NCBI GenBank assembly: GCA_963745035.1
Contig: CAVUVW010000019.1
Coordinates: 192,001 to 256,000, forward strand
Length of the DNA stretch: 64,000 bases
Direction: 5' to 3'
DNA from: an uncultured delta proteobacterium
GTDB taxonomy: Bacteria > Desulfobacterota > Binatia > UBA9968
Shown piece after piece: positions 44,231 through 52,923 of this stretch. How positions within the stretch are numbered: position 1 is the first letter of the stretch; each line of letters begins with the position of its first letter. The position numbers and the translations under genes are program-made. The notes under the pieces are model-generated. The model was given only the letters and a program-made list of their open reading frames with translations, was not told where the DNA came from and made no database searches.

Positions 44231-44265
44231 GGAGTGATGGAGTAACGGAGTATTGGAGTGATGGG
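44231..44265. repeat. GGAGTAAT-family half element
   Basis: ggagtgatggagtaacggagtattggagtgatggg. Confidence 0.85.
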
Positions 44266-44272
44266 CTTAAAT

Positions 44273-44308
44273 AAAAAACGCCCATCGCCTCGGCGAAGAC
44301 GATGGGCA
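44273..44308 (-). terminator. Probable intrinsic terminator of the Rieske gene
   Basis: aaaaaacGCCCATCGcctcggcgaagaCGATGGGC: hairpin followed by a U-tract on the minus strand. Confidence 0.55.
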
Positions 44309-44329
44309 AGGTCGTATCAACTGTAGGTG

Positions 44330-44639
44330 CTAGGAGAGATCTACTAGCACGTCATCTTCTTCGATTTTCACGTCGTACTTCTGAGTCGGCAGGCTGGGCA
44401 ACAATTCGTTCTCGCCAGTGGTTACATTGTAGCGCCACCCATGCCACGGGCAGATCACGGTCGTGCCGTCCAGCTCGCCTTCACCCAGAGGGCCGCCACG
44501 ATGGCCGCAGACATCGTTGATTGCGTAGAATTTGCCGTCGACGTTGAAGACGCCGACGGCTTTGCCGTCGATTTCGATGCTCTTGCCGCAGCCGGTCTTT
44601 GACTTCTCCCGTTTTGCAGACTTTGACGAAATTCGCCAT
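44330..44639 (-). CDS. Rieske [2Fe-2S] ferredoxin (absent from ORF track; extra base near 44600)
   Basis: Hand translation MANFVKVCKTGEVKTGCGKSIEIDGKAVGVFNVDGKFYAINDVCGHRGGPLGEG...VICPWHGWRY; CxH/CxxH ligands. Confidence 0.9.
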
Positions 44640-44701
44640 TCTAATTTCCTTTCATAATCGCGGTGTAAAGTTCCGGGTAATATACGAATTGAAGTCGGGA
44701 T

Positions 44702-45791
44702 TCAAGAGGAACGCACAAACGGCAACGCGGCCACCGTCGCGCGCAATTTCGACGGCTCGCTGCGAATCGCGACTTCGGTTCCCGGCATCCAAAAGTCCTT
44801 GTGCAGATATCCGAGCGCGATGGGGCAGTCAAGTCGCGGCGAAAATACTGAACTGGTGACGCTGCCGACGGATTTTCCCTCGGCCTCGATGACGCTGCCG
44901 GCGCGGACAGCCGCGTCGCCGGCGATCAACAGACCGAAGAGTTTCTTGTTTACGTGGCCGCGCGAACGGATGCGCTCGACCACTTCCTGGCCGAGATAGC
45001 ATCCTTTGGTGAAGCTTACGGCTTGTTCGAGGCCGACTTCGAGAAGCAGGTGGTCTTCGGTAAAATCGACGCCGTAACGCGGAATGCCGGCTTCGACGCG
45101 CAGAATATCTTGGGCGTCTGCACCGACCCAGCGCGCCGAAAATGGTTTTGCAGCATCGGCCAAACTCTGTGCGATCTTTTTCACGTCGGCTTTCGGAATG
45201 ATCAGATCAAATCCCGGCTCGCCGGTATGGCTGGAAGCGACCACGCAGATCGCGGCGCCGTCGAGGGAGGCCATGACATGGCCCAGGGCATGCTGCGGTA
45301 ACGCCGTTTCGCCGAAGGCGGCGCGGAGCACCGCGCCGGACTGCGGGCCTTGAAGCGAGACGGTCGAATATTCATCGGAACGGTCAGCGATCTCGACTTC
45401 GTCGGCGATCAGGTAGCGATTAAGGTGAGCGAGAATCTTCTCTTTCAAGCTCTCCCAGAAATCCAGATAAAATGAATTCATCGCGCACAGCACGCGCACG
45501 TCGGCGATCAACTTTGCCTTGCTGCGTGAGCAGAGTCGCCTCCTGGCCATCGAAGGGCTTTAGGGTCCGGAGATCGTTGGACAGCATGCCTTGAAGAAAC
45601 GACAAGCGATCGGGGCCGGTAAACTGCAGCAAGCCACGGTGCGAAAAATCGATCAAACCCACAGCCGCGCGCACCGCCTCGTATTCGCGCGCCGGGTCGC
45701 CGAAGTGCTTTGGCAAGCGCCAGCCATCCTGTTCGACGAAGACGGCGCCGTTGGCGCGATGCGATTCAGACAATAAAGATTGTTTCGCCAC
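44702..45791 (-). CDS. YgfZ/GcvT-family folate-binding protein (frameshift near 45515)
   Basis: GPDRLSFLQGMLSND, RVEAGIP, KGCYLGQEVVERI. Confidence 0.9.
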
Positions 45792-45922
45792 TTTCGAGAA
45801 ATATAGCCGCTCAACGCCACGATGACAACGCGGGGGAGAGGAAGCGGACATGGGCGATCTGTTTGATCGTTCGCTCGCCGCTGTGATAGAGAAATAACCG
45901 TACAAAATTTATGGAGGTGGCC

Positions 45923-46391
45923 ATGGCAAATTTGGAAGGGCAGAGGGCTCCAAACTTTACACTGGAAGGGAGCGACGGCAAAAAACACTCGCTCAGCGAC
46001 TATGCCGGCAAGAACGTTATACTTTGGTTCTATCCGAAGGATGACACTCCCGGCTGAACCAAGGAAGCGTGCGGGTTCCGCGACGCTATCGACTCGGTTA
46101 CCAAAGCAAATACTATCGTCGTCGGCGTGAGCCGAGACAGCATCGATTCCCACAATCAGTTTGTCGCCAAATTCAATCTGCCTTTCGTGCTTCTCTCCGA
46201 TCCGCAAGTCGGCACGATGAAGGCTTATGGCGCTTGGGGCCCGCGCCAAAACGCTCAAGGCGAGACGGTCGAAGGGCCGATTCGCTCGACCGCTTTGATC
46301 GGACCCGATGGAACCGTCAAGAAACACTGGATTCCGGTGGCGCAACGCGGAAGCCCATCCGGCCGAAGTCTTGGAGTATTTGCAGAAGTAG
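45923..46391 (+). CDS. bcp: Putative selenocysteine-containing BCP/PrxQ peroxiredoxin (TGA at 46055-46057 = Sec; frameshift near 46340)
   Basis: ggagg RBS, ATG 45923; reads FYPKDDTPG[TGA]TKEACGFRD, colinear with paralog [19 protein letters not shown] at 50059. Confidence 0.85.
46066..46087 (+). promoter_or_regulatory. Putative bacterial SECIS hairpin
   Basis: AGCGUGCGG-GUU-CCGC(G)ACGCU; loop starts with G, 17 nt after the UGA; absent from the Cys paralog. Confidence 0.7.
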
Positions 46392-46497
46392 ATTTTCCGC
46401 CGCGCGGGAGCGGCCGACGGTCTTTTAGGCCGCCGCTCTCCCGCGCGATCGCTCTGTCCTTCCTGCCCGCGCCGGGACACCGGCAGCGATTTGTGCC

Positions 46498-47411
46498 ATG
46501 AGCAAAGTCAAAGCCGATCTCGATCTTCGCAAGCTCGAAATTTTTTACTGGGTTGCCGAGCTCAAAAGCTTTTCTCAAGCTGCCGAGCTTCTCTCGCTGC
46601 GCCAGCCGACCGTGAGCGCGCACGTGCAGGAATTGGAAGATGCGTCGGGCGGCAAGCTGTTCTATCGCATGCACGGCCGGGTGAGTTTGACGCCACTGGG
46701 CGAATTACTCGCGGAGCACGCTAAAATCCTGCTGGCTTTCAAGCGGAAAACGCGCGCCGCAGTCGAGCAGTTCCACGGCACCTTGAGCGGCGAGCTATGG
46801 GTCGGCGGCAGCAGCATTCCCGGAGAGTATTTGCTTCCCGCCAAAGCTCGGCGCGTTCACAAAAAAATATCCCGCGCGTCAAGCCGATTCTGCGCATTCG
46901 CGATTCCGCCGGGATCATCGAAGACGTGCTCGACGGCAAAGTCGAGCTGGGTTTTGTCGGGTCCAAGATCGCCGACGCGCGGCTCGCGTTCAAAAAACTA
47001 TGGAACGATGAGATGGTGCTCGCCGTGCCGAAGGCGCATCCTTGGAGCCGCCGCAAGTTCGTTCAAATCGCGGAGCTGCGCTCGCAAAAGTTTATTTCGC
47101 GAGAACCCGGCTCGGGCACCCTCGAATCCTTCAGCCACCTCCTGTCCAAAGGCCGGCGCTCGGTAGACAAGCTGTTGGACGTGTCGATGGAGTTGGGCAG
47201 CACGCAGGCGGTCATAGAAGCGCTGCGGGGCGGATTCGGAATATCGATCTTGTCGCGGATTTCGATCCAGCATGAGCTTGCGGAAGGAAGTCTAGTCGAA
47301 GTGCGCGTTCGAGGTTTGACGATGCGGCGCGATTTTTACGAAGTTTCGCATCGCCGCCGGCCGCTGCACCCGATCGCGCAAGCCTTTCGCGAATTCCTGA
47401 AACCTTCCTGA
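46498..47411 (+). CDS. LysR-family regulator, CysL/selenium-associated-like (frameshifts near 46840-46875)
   Basis: HTH SFSQAAELLSLRQPTVSAHVQELE; GGSSIPGEYLLP, REPGSGT, ELGSTQAV. Confidence 0.85.
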
Positions 47412-47459
47412 TCGTCGCACCCTCCACAAGCGTTCCAAACTTTTCGGGGAAACCCTCTT

Positions 47460-47498
47460 ACATAGGCATTGTCTATGTTGTATATAGATTTCTTCAAT
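47460..47498 (+). promoter_or_regulatory. Twin LysR boxes upstream of the sulfoxide synthase operon
   Basis: ACATAG-N7-CTATGT (T-N11-A) and ATAG-N7-CAAT, 22 bp apart. Confidence 0.65.
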
Positions 47499-47517
47499 CA
47501 AGCGTGGGGAGTTTTTT

Positions 47518-48877
47518 ATGGCGCTTCCATTACGACGCAAAATTCCCAGCAAGAGCGAAGACCACAGGGAAAAGCTCACGGCTGCGTGGGCGCGCACCGA
47601 TGAGATTTTCGCAACTGTCCCAAATGCGGAATCGAATACCAGCCCGATTGTTTGGCGGCATCCATTCATATTCTATATTGGACACTTGCCGGCATTTTCC
47701 TGGAATCAGATCGGTGCGGCGATTCTCAACTGGAAGTCATTCAATCCTTATTTCGACGATTTGTTTTGCCGCGGCATCGATCCCGACGTCGATACCGGTG
47801 AATGTCATTGGCATCCGGAGGTTCCGGAAGAATGGCCAACTTTGGCCGATACGCTGGAGTACAGAGATCAGGTACGTGCCGCGTTGCTGGAATCTTTCGA
47901 GGCGGTGGCCCGTTCAAGCTCATCGGATGTCATGGCGCAGCAGGGACGGGTTTTTCAGATGGTTTTGGAGCATGAGTTCATGCACCAGGAAACGCTGCTG
48001 TACATGCTGCAGCAGTTGCCGCCGGAGAAAAAGCGCCACCCGGACGGCTTTTCCCGCTACTTTTTTCAGCGCGCTGCCGGCGGGGCACGAAGTTTTGATC
48101 CCCGCGGGCCGGGCGCGCCTGGGCGCAAAATTCGACGAGACGCTTTTCGGTTGGGACAACGAGTTCGAGGAGATACTCGTCGACGTGCCAGCGTTCACGA
48201 TCGATTCGCTGCCCGTCACCAACGGTGAATTCTTCGAGTTCGTCGCAAGTGGCGGCTACGAAAACCAAATCTACTGGCAAGCGGAGGATTGGCGCTGGAA
48301 GAACCTGGAGATGAAATCTTGTCCGACGCTTTGGCTGAAACGTGATCGGGCTTGGTTTTATCGCGCGATGTTCGATACTCTGCCGCTCGCCGAGGTCGCA
48401 AGTTGGCCGGTTTACGTGAGTCTTGCGGAAGCGCGGGCCTATGCGAGCTGGGCCGGCAAGCGGCTGCCGACGGAAGCTGAATTCCATCGCGCGGCCTATT
48501 ACGGACCGGACGCCCGCGAGACGGACTACCCGTGGGGCAATACACCGCCGACGGCCCAGCACGGCAATTTCGATTTCGTCTCGTGGTCACCGCTGCCGGT
48601 GGGGTCGCGACCCGCGGGCTCGAGCCGCTGGGGCGTTATGGAACTGGCCGGCAACGGCTGGGAGCTCACGGATACGCCGTTTGCGCCGTTTCCGCGCTTT
48701 ACTCCGTATATGGCGAGCTATCCGGACTACTCGCGCGACTTCTTCGACGGCAAACACTTTGTCTTGAAGGGCGCGTCCTGGGGCACCGCTGCGGACCTGC
48801 TGCGGCCGAGTTTTCGCAACTGGTATCAGGCCCACTATCCCTACGTGTTCGCGAAGTTTCGCTGCGCCCGCAATTAA
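47518..48877 (+). CDS. EgtB/Egt1-like non-heme iron sulfoxide synthase (DinB + FGE-sulfatase domains; frameshift near 48060)
   Basis: RHPFIFYIGH, RGIDPDVD...CHWH, iron motif HEFMH-QETLLY, RLPTEAE, GNGWE, YSRDFFDGKH, SFRNWYQ. Confidence 0.8.
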
Positions 48878-48889
48878 GGAGACCGCGCC

Positions 48890-49171
48890 ATGAAAGCGAT
48901 CTGGGAAAATACCGTCTTGGCCGAATCCGATCACACCGTCGTTGTCGAGGGTAATCAGTACTTTCCGCCGGCGTCCATCAAACGGGAGTATTTCACCGCG
49001 AGCGATACCCATTCTACCTGTCATTGGAAAGGCGTCGCGAGCTACTATGACGTCAAGGTGGGCGACAAGACCAACGCCGACGCCGCCTGGTATTATCCGG
49101 AGCCGAAGGAAGCCGCCAAATCGATTAAAGATCATATCGCCTTCTGGCGCGGCGTGACCGTGACCGAATAA
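48890..49171 (+). CDS. DUF427 (NTP_transf_9) protein
   Basis: LAESD...VEGNQYFPP, CHWKGVASYY, AAWYYPEP. Confidence 0.9.
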   Translation: MKAIWENTVLAESDHTVVVEGNQYFPPASIKREYFTASDTHSTCHWKGVASYYDVKVGDKTNADAAWYYPEPKEAAKSIKDHIAFWRGVTVTE

Positions 49172-49192
49172 CTCGCAGCGTCGACGTACCCC

Positions 49193-49985
49193 TTGAAACT
49201 TGCATCTTGCATGGCGGAAAACAGCGAAGGCTTCTGCCGCGCGGTCGCTAGTTTTATCGAAAATCGTATTCGGATTCCCACGCAGTATGTCACAGGCATC
49301 CCATGGCAGGAGCGCGAAAGCCTTTTTGATGGCGGCGAAATTCACATCTTGTGGCTCTGCGGGCTGCCCTACGTGGAAAAGGCGGACATGGCTCAAAACA
49401 AATTGGAATTGCTCGCCGTGCCGACTCCGTGCGGAGAACGCTATCAAGACCGGCCCGTTTATTTTTCCGATGTTGTCGTTAGGCGTGATCGTCCATTTCA
49501 AACTTTCTTCGATCTCCGTGGCGCGTCCTGGGCCTACAACGAGCCGCGCTCCCATTCCGGATTCAATGCCGTGCGAGCCTATCTTGCCGGATTCGGTGAG
49601 CGCGATAACTTTTTCGGCGCGGTCGTCGAATCGGGCGCGCATCACGCGTCGCTCGAGATGGTCTTGTCCGGCCAAATCGATGGCGCAGCGATCGACAGCA
49701 CGGTGCTCGAATGGCTCGTGACCGAGCGCGCCGGGCTCGGCGGAGGAAATTCGCGTGATCGACACTATCGGGCCGAGTCCGATGCCGCCCTGGGTGATAT
49801 CACGCCAGGTTCCGGCAAAGTTGCGCGACGACATCCGCACTTTGCTGTTGGGCATGCACACGGAGCCGTTCGGCAGAGTTATGCTTGCTCGCGCGCGGCT
49901 TGACCGCTTTGTTGAGGCGGCGGACCGGGACTACGATCCGATTCGAGTCATGGCGCGGAAGGCTGAACAAGTTTCATTGGCGTAG
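49193..49985 (+). CDS. PhnD-like substrate-binding-fold protein without signal peptide (frameshift near 49745)
   Basis: WLCGLPYV, PVYFSDVVV, AYNEPRSHSG, SGAHHASL, AAIDS, GPSPMPP. Confidence 0.8.
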
Positions 49986-50058
49986 CCATTCATGTTACAG
50001 CACGTATTTTCAGGCGCCGTGACAGCTCCGCAAATATTGACAAGGGGGATCATTGAGA

Positions 50059-50526
50059 ATGGCAAACTTGGAAGGGAAGAAGGCGCCGTCCTTTAGCCTC
50101 GATGGTAACGACGGCAAGACGCATGCGCTTGATGACTACAAAGGCAAGACCGTCGTGCTTTATTTTTATCCCAAGGACGACACGCCGGGCTGTACGAAAG
50201 AGGCGTGCGGTTTTCGGGAGCAAAGCTCGGCATTGAAAAAGTCCGACGTGGTGGTGCTCGGAGTCAGTAAAGACAGCGTCGAGTCGCATAACCGGTTCGC
50301 CGGAAAATATAAGCTGCCGTTTACGCTTCTTTCGGATCCCAAAGCCGACGTGATGAAGAAATACGGCGCGTTCGGCAAAAAAATGATGTATGGCAAGGAA
50401 GTGCAAGGAACCATCCGTTCGACCGTCGTGATCGGCCCCAAAGGCGACGTCCTCAAACACTGGTCCACCGTAAAAAAGGCCGAGGCTCATCCGGACGAAG
50501 TGCTGGCGTTTTTGAAGGCCCGGTAA
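50059..50526 (+). CDS. bcp: BCP/PrxQ peroxiredoxin, Cys form
   Basis: [30 protein letters not shown]. Confidence 0.95.
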   Translation: MANLEGKKAPSFSLDGNDGKTHALDDYKGKTVVLYFYPKDDTPGCTKEACGFREQSSALKKSDVVVLGVSKDSVESHNRFAGKYKLPFTLLSDPKADVMKKYGAFGKKMMYGKEVQGTIRSTVVIGPKGDVLKHWSTVKKAEAHPDEVLAFLKAR

Positions 50527-50632
50527 TCGTTCGAACGCGATTCGTTTTGGCAGTTGGTTTGGTTGACAAAGAGTGACCAAGAGCTATATTTGCCCTCATC
50601 GAAAATAGCTATTCGGTCAAGAGGGAGGTTCT

Positions 50633-51727
50633 ATGAACCGGCGGGATTTCATCAAAGGTGGACTGACCGTGTCGGCGGGATTGGCTCTCGGCGGCATTCC
50701 GAAGTTCAGAGATCTGGCGTTCGCAAACGAAGCCAAATGGCGCACGTTTGAAGTAACGACCCGGCTCGAGGTGACGGATCCAGTTGGCGCGGTGCGCGCC
50801 TGGGTGCCGGTACCGCTCACTTCCAACACCGACTATTTCAAACGTGAACCGGACAGTTGGACGGGCAATTATAAATCGGTGAAGGCGGTGCAGTATGATA
50901 AGTACGGCACCGGCATGGTTTTCTCCGAATGGGCGCCGGGCGAGAAGGCGCCCGTTGTTGAAGTCAAGAGCCGCTTCATGACGCGCGATCGCGCAGTGGA
51001 TTTGAGCCGAAAACCGGCTGCGGCGCCGAGCGAAAATAAGGCGGTGCTCGACTACTTTAAGAAACCATCGAAGCTGATTAAAACCGACGGCATTGTTGCG
51101 ACGACATCGAAGGGCATCGTGATGGGTTACAAAACCGATGTCGATAAAGCGCAGGCGATCTACGAGTGGATCGTCGATAACACCTTCCGCGATCCGAAGG
51201 TGAAGGGATGCGGTATCGGCGATATTTCGACGATGCTCCACACCGGTTATCTCGGCGGCAAGTGCGCCGACCTGAATGCCTTATACGTCGGACTGGCTCG
51301 CGCCGCCGGACTGCCGGCGCGGGACGTATACGGCGTGCGAGTGGCGGCCTCCGATGAATTTAAGAGTCTGGGCAAGGCTGACGACATCAGCGGTGCGCAA
51401 CACTGCCGCGCCGAAGTCTGGCTCAACGGGTTCGGCTGGGTGCCGGTCGATCCCGCGGATGTGAGAAAGGTTGTGCTGGAGGAGAACCTGCCAGGAGCGC
51501 CGCTTCCGCTCGACGATCCGAAAGTGAAAAAAGCTCGCGGCAAACTGTTCGGCGCCTGGGAGATGAATTGGCTGCCGTACAATTACGCTCACGACATTAA
51601 GCTGCCGAACTCGAACGGGCCGGAGATCGGCTATTTCATGTACCCGCAATCCGAGACCGCTAACGGCCGGAAAGACAGTCTCGATCCGAAAAGCTTTAGT
51701 TACACAATCAAGTCAAAAGAAGTTTAG
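50633..51727 (+). CDS. Tat-exported transglutaminase-like protein
   Basis: MNRRDFIKG Tat motif; GGKCADLN, HCRAE, WVPVDPAD triad. Confidence 0.9.
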   Translation: MNRRDFIKGGLTVSAGLALGGIPKFRDLAFANEAKWRTFEVTTRLEVTDPVGAVRAWVPVPLTSNTDYFKREPDSWTGNYKSVKAVQYDKYGTGMVFSEWAPGEKAPVVEVKSRFMTRDRAVDLSRKPAAAPSENKAVLDYFKKPSKLIKTDGIVATTSKGIVMGYKTDVDKAQAIYEWIVDNTFRDPKVKGCGIGDISTMLHTGYLGGKCADLNALYVGLARAAGLPARDVYGVRVAASDEFKSLGKADDISGAQHCRAEVWLNGFGWVPVDPADVRKVVLEENLPGAPLPLDDPKVKKARGKLFGAWEMNWLPYNYAHDIKLPNSNGPEIGYFMYPQSETANGRKDSLDPKSFSYTIKSKEV

Positions 51728-51753
51728 AGCAAGAACTTAACAGCTTGTGTTTA

Positions 51754-51788
51754 CGAGGCCTCCACATTTTGTGGGGGCCTCGCTGTTT
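51754..51788 (+). terminator. Probable terminator hairpin
   Basis: cgaggcctccac-atttt-gtgggggcctcg followed by ctgttt. Confidence 0.55.
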
Positions 51789-51968
51789 GTGGGGCAAGGG
51801 AATAGAATCATGAGTGTGCACAAACCCCTTGGGATTCTTGCAGAAGGCGAGTCTTTTCAAGCGTATTTGTTCCACTGTAGATGCCTGACATCGCGGCATC
51901 GGTTCAAAGATACTGGCGTACATACCGTCTTCGAACGTTAGCGACGAAGAATGCCGCTTTTGCATTTA

Positions 51969-52003
51969 ACCCCTCTTTGAAAAGGAGGGGTTAGAGGACA
52001 TTT
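51969..52003. repeat. CCCCTCTTTGAAAA-GAGGGG half element
   Basis: Matches the right hairpin of the 38178-38271 element. Confidence 0.7.
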
Positions 52004-52061
52004 GCGAAAGGAGCGGCGCGGGAAACTACGCGGCGAATTTCTGCACTGCAAATCACGGCGC

Positions 52062-52921
52062 TTATCTTGCCAGCGCCTCTTGAATCGCGCGCGCTAGATA
52101 AACCTCGGTCAAATGCTTGCGGTACTCCGCGGAGCCATTGATGTCTTCGATGACCTCGATGTTGCGCGTGGACTCCGCGACCGCGTCTTCGATGGTTTTG
52201 GCGTCGAGTTTTTTGCCCGTCAGCATCTGTTCGACTCGATCGGCGCGATAGGCTTTGTCGGTGACTCCGGTGATGCCGATGGCGGCGCGGCTGCAGTCGC
52301 CGGACGCATCCAAGCCAATTCTCACTGCTGCGCCGACAACAGCAAATCCGGATGAGCGCGGCGCGGCCTTCAAGTAGGCGGTCTTGTCATTTCCGGTCAC
52401 CGGTACTTTGATCGCAGTGACGAGCTCGTCGGGCTCGAGCACGCTCATCAAAAGCCCGAGAAAAAAATCGTCGCACTTCACCCAGCGCTCGCCGTTGGGC
52501 CCGAAGCATTTAATCTCGGCATCCAGCGCCAGGATCGCGGCCGGCCAGTCGCCCGCCGGATCGGCGTGGGCGATGCTGCCGCCGATGGTGCCGCGATTGC
52601 GCACCTGCACGTCGGCGATGGTGGTCGCCGTCTGCGGCAGCAGGGGACATTTCTTTTGCAGCAGGTCTGAGGATTCGATTTGCGCGTGGGTGACCAGCGC
52701 GCCAATGATTAGATGTTGCCGTTTTCTTCGCTGATCGTGTCCAACCCGGGAACGCGGCCTATATCTACGATAAAGCCGGGCTTCGATAGACGCATCTTCA
52801 TGAGGGGCAGCAAGCTTTGGCCGCCGGAGAGAACTTTGACGTCATCTCTGTGCGCGGCGAGATATTCGACCGCGTCGTCAAGCGAGCGCGGCGCGTAATA
52901 CTCGAAAGAACCGGGAATCAT
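52062..52921 (-). CDS. CoxM-family FAD subunit (frameshift near 52710)
   Basis: LSGGQSLLPLMKMRL, QVRNRGTIGGSIAHADPAGD, GSAEYRKHL. Confidence 0.9.
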
Positions 52922-52923
52922 TT

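Noticed and set aside
46055-46057. TGA as a simple nonsense mutation (pseudogene)
   Set aside because: It falls exactly on the catalytic Cys and is followed by a SECIS-like hairpin; Sec is more parsimonious, though unproven
47518-48877. Calling the gene senA or ovoA
   Set aside because: No senB/senC neighbours and no OvoA methyltransferase domain; motifs do not allow a specific symbol
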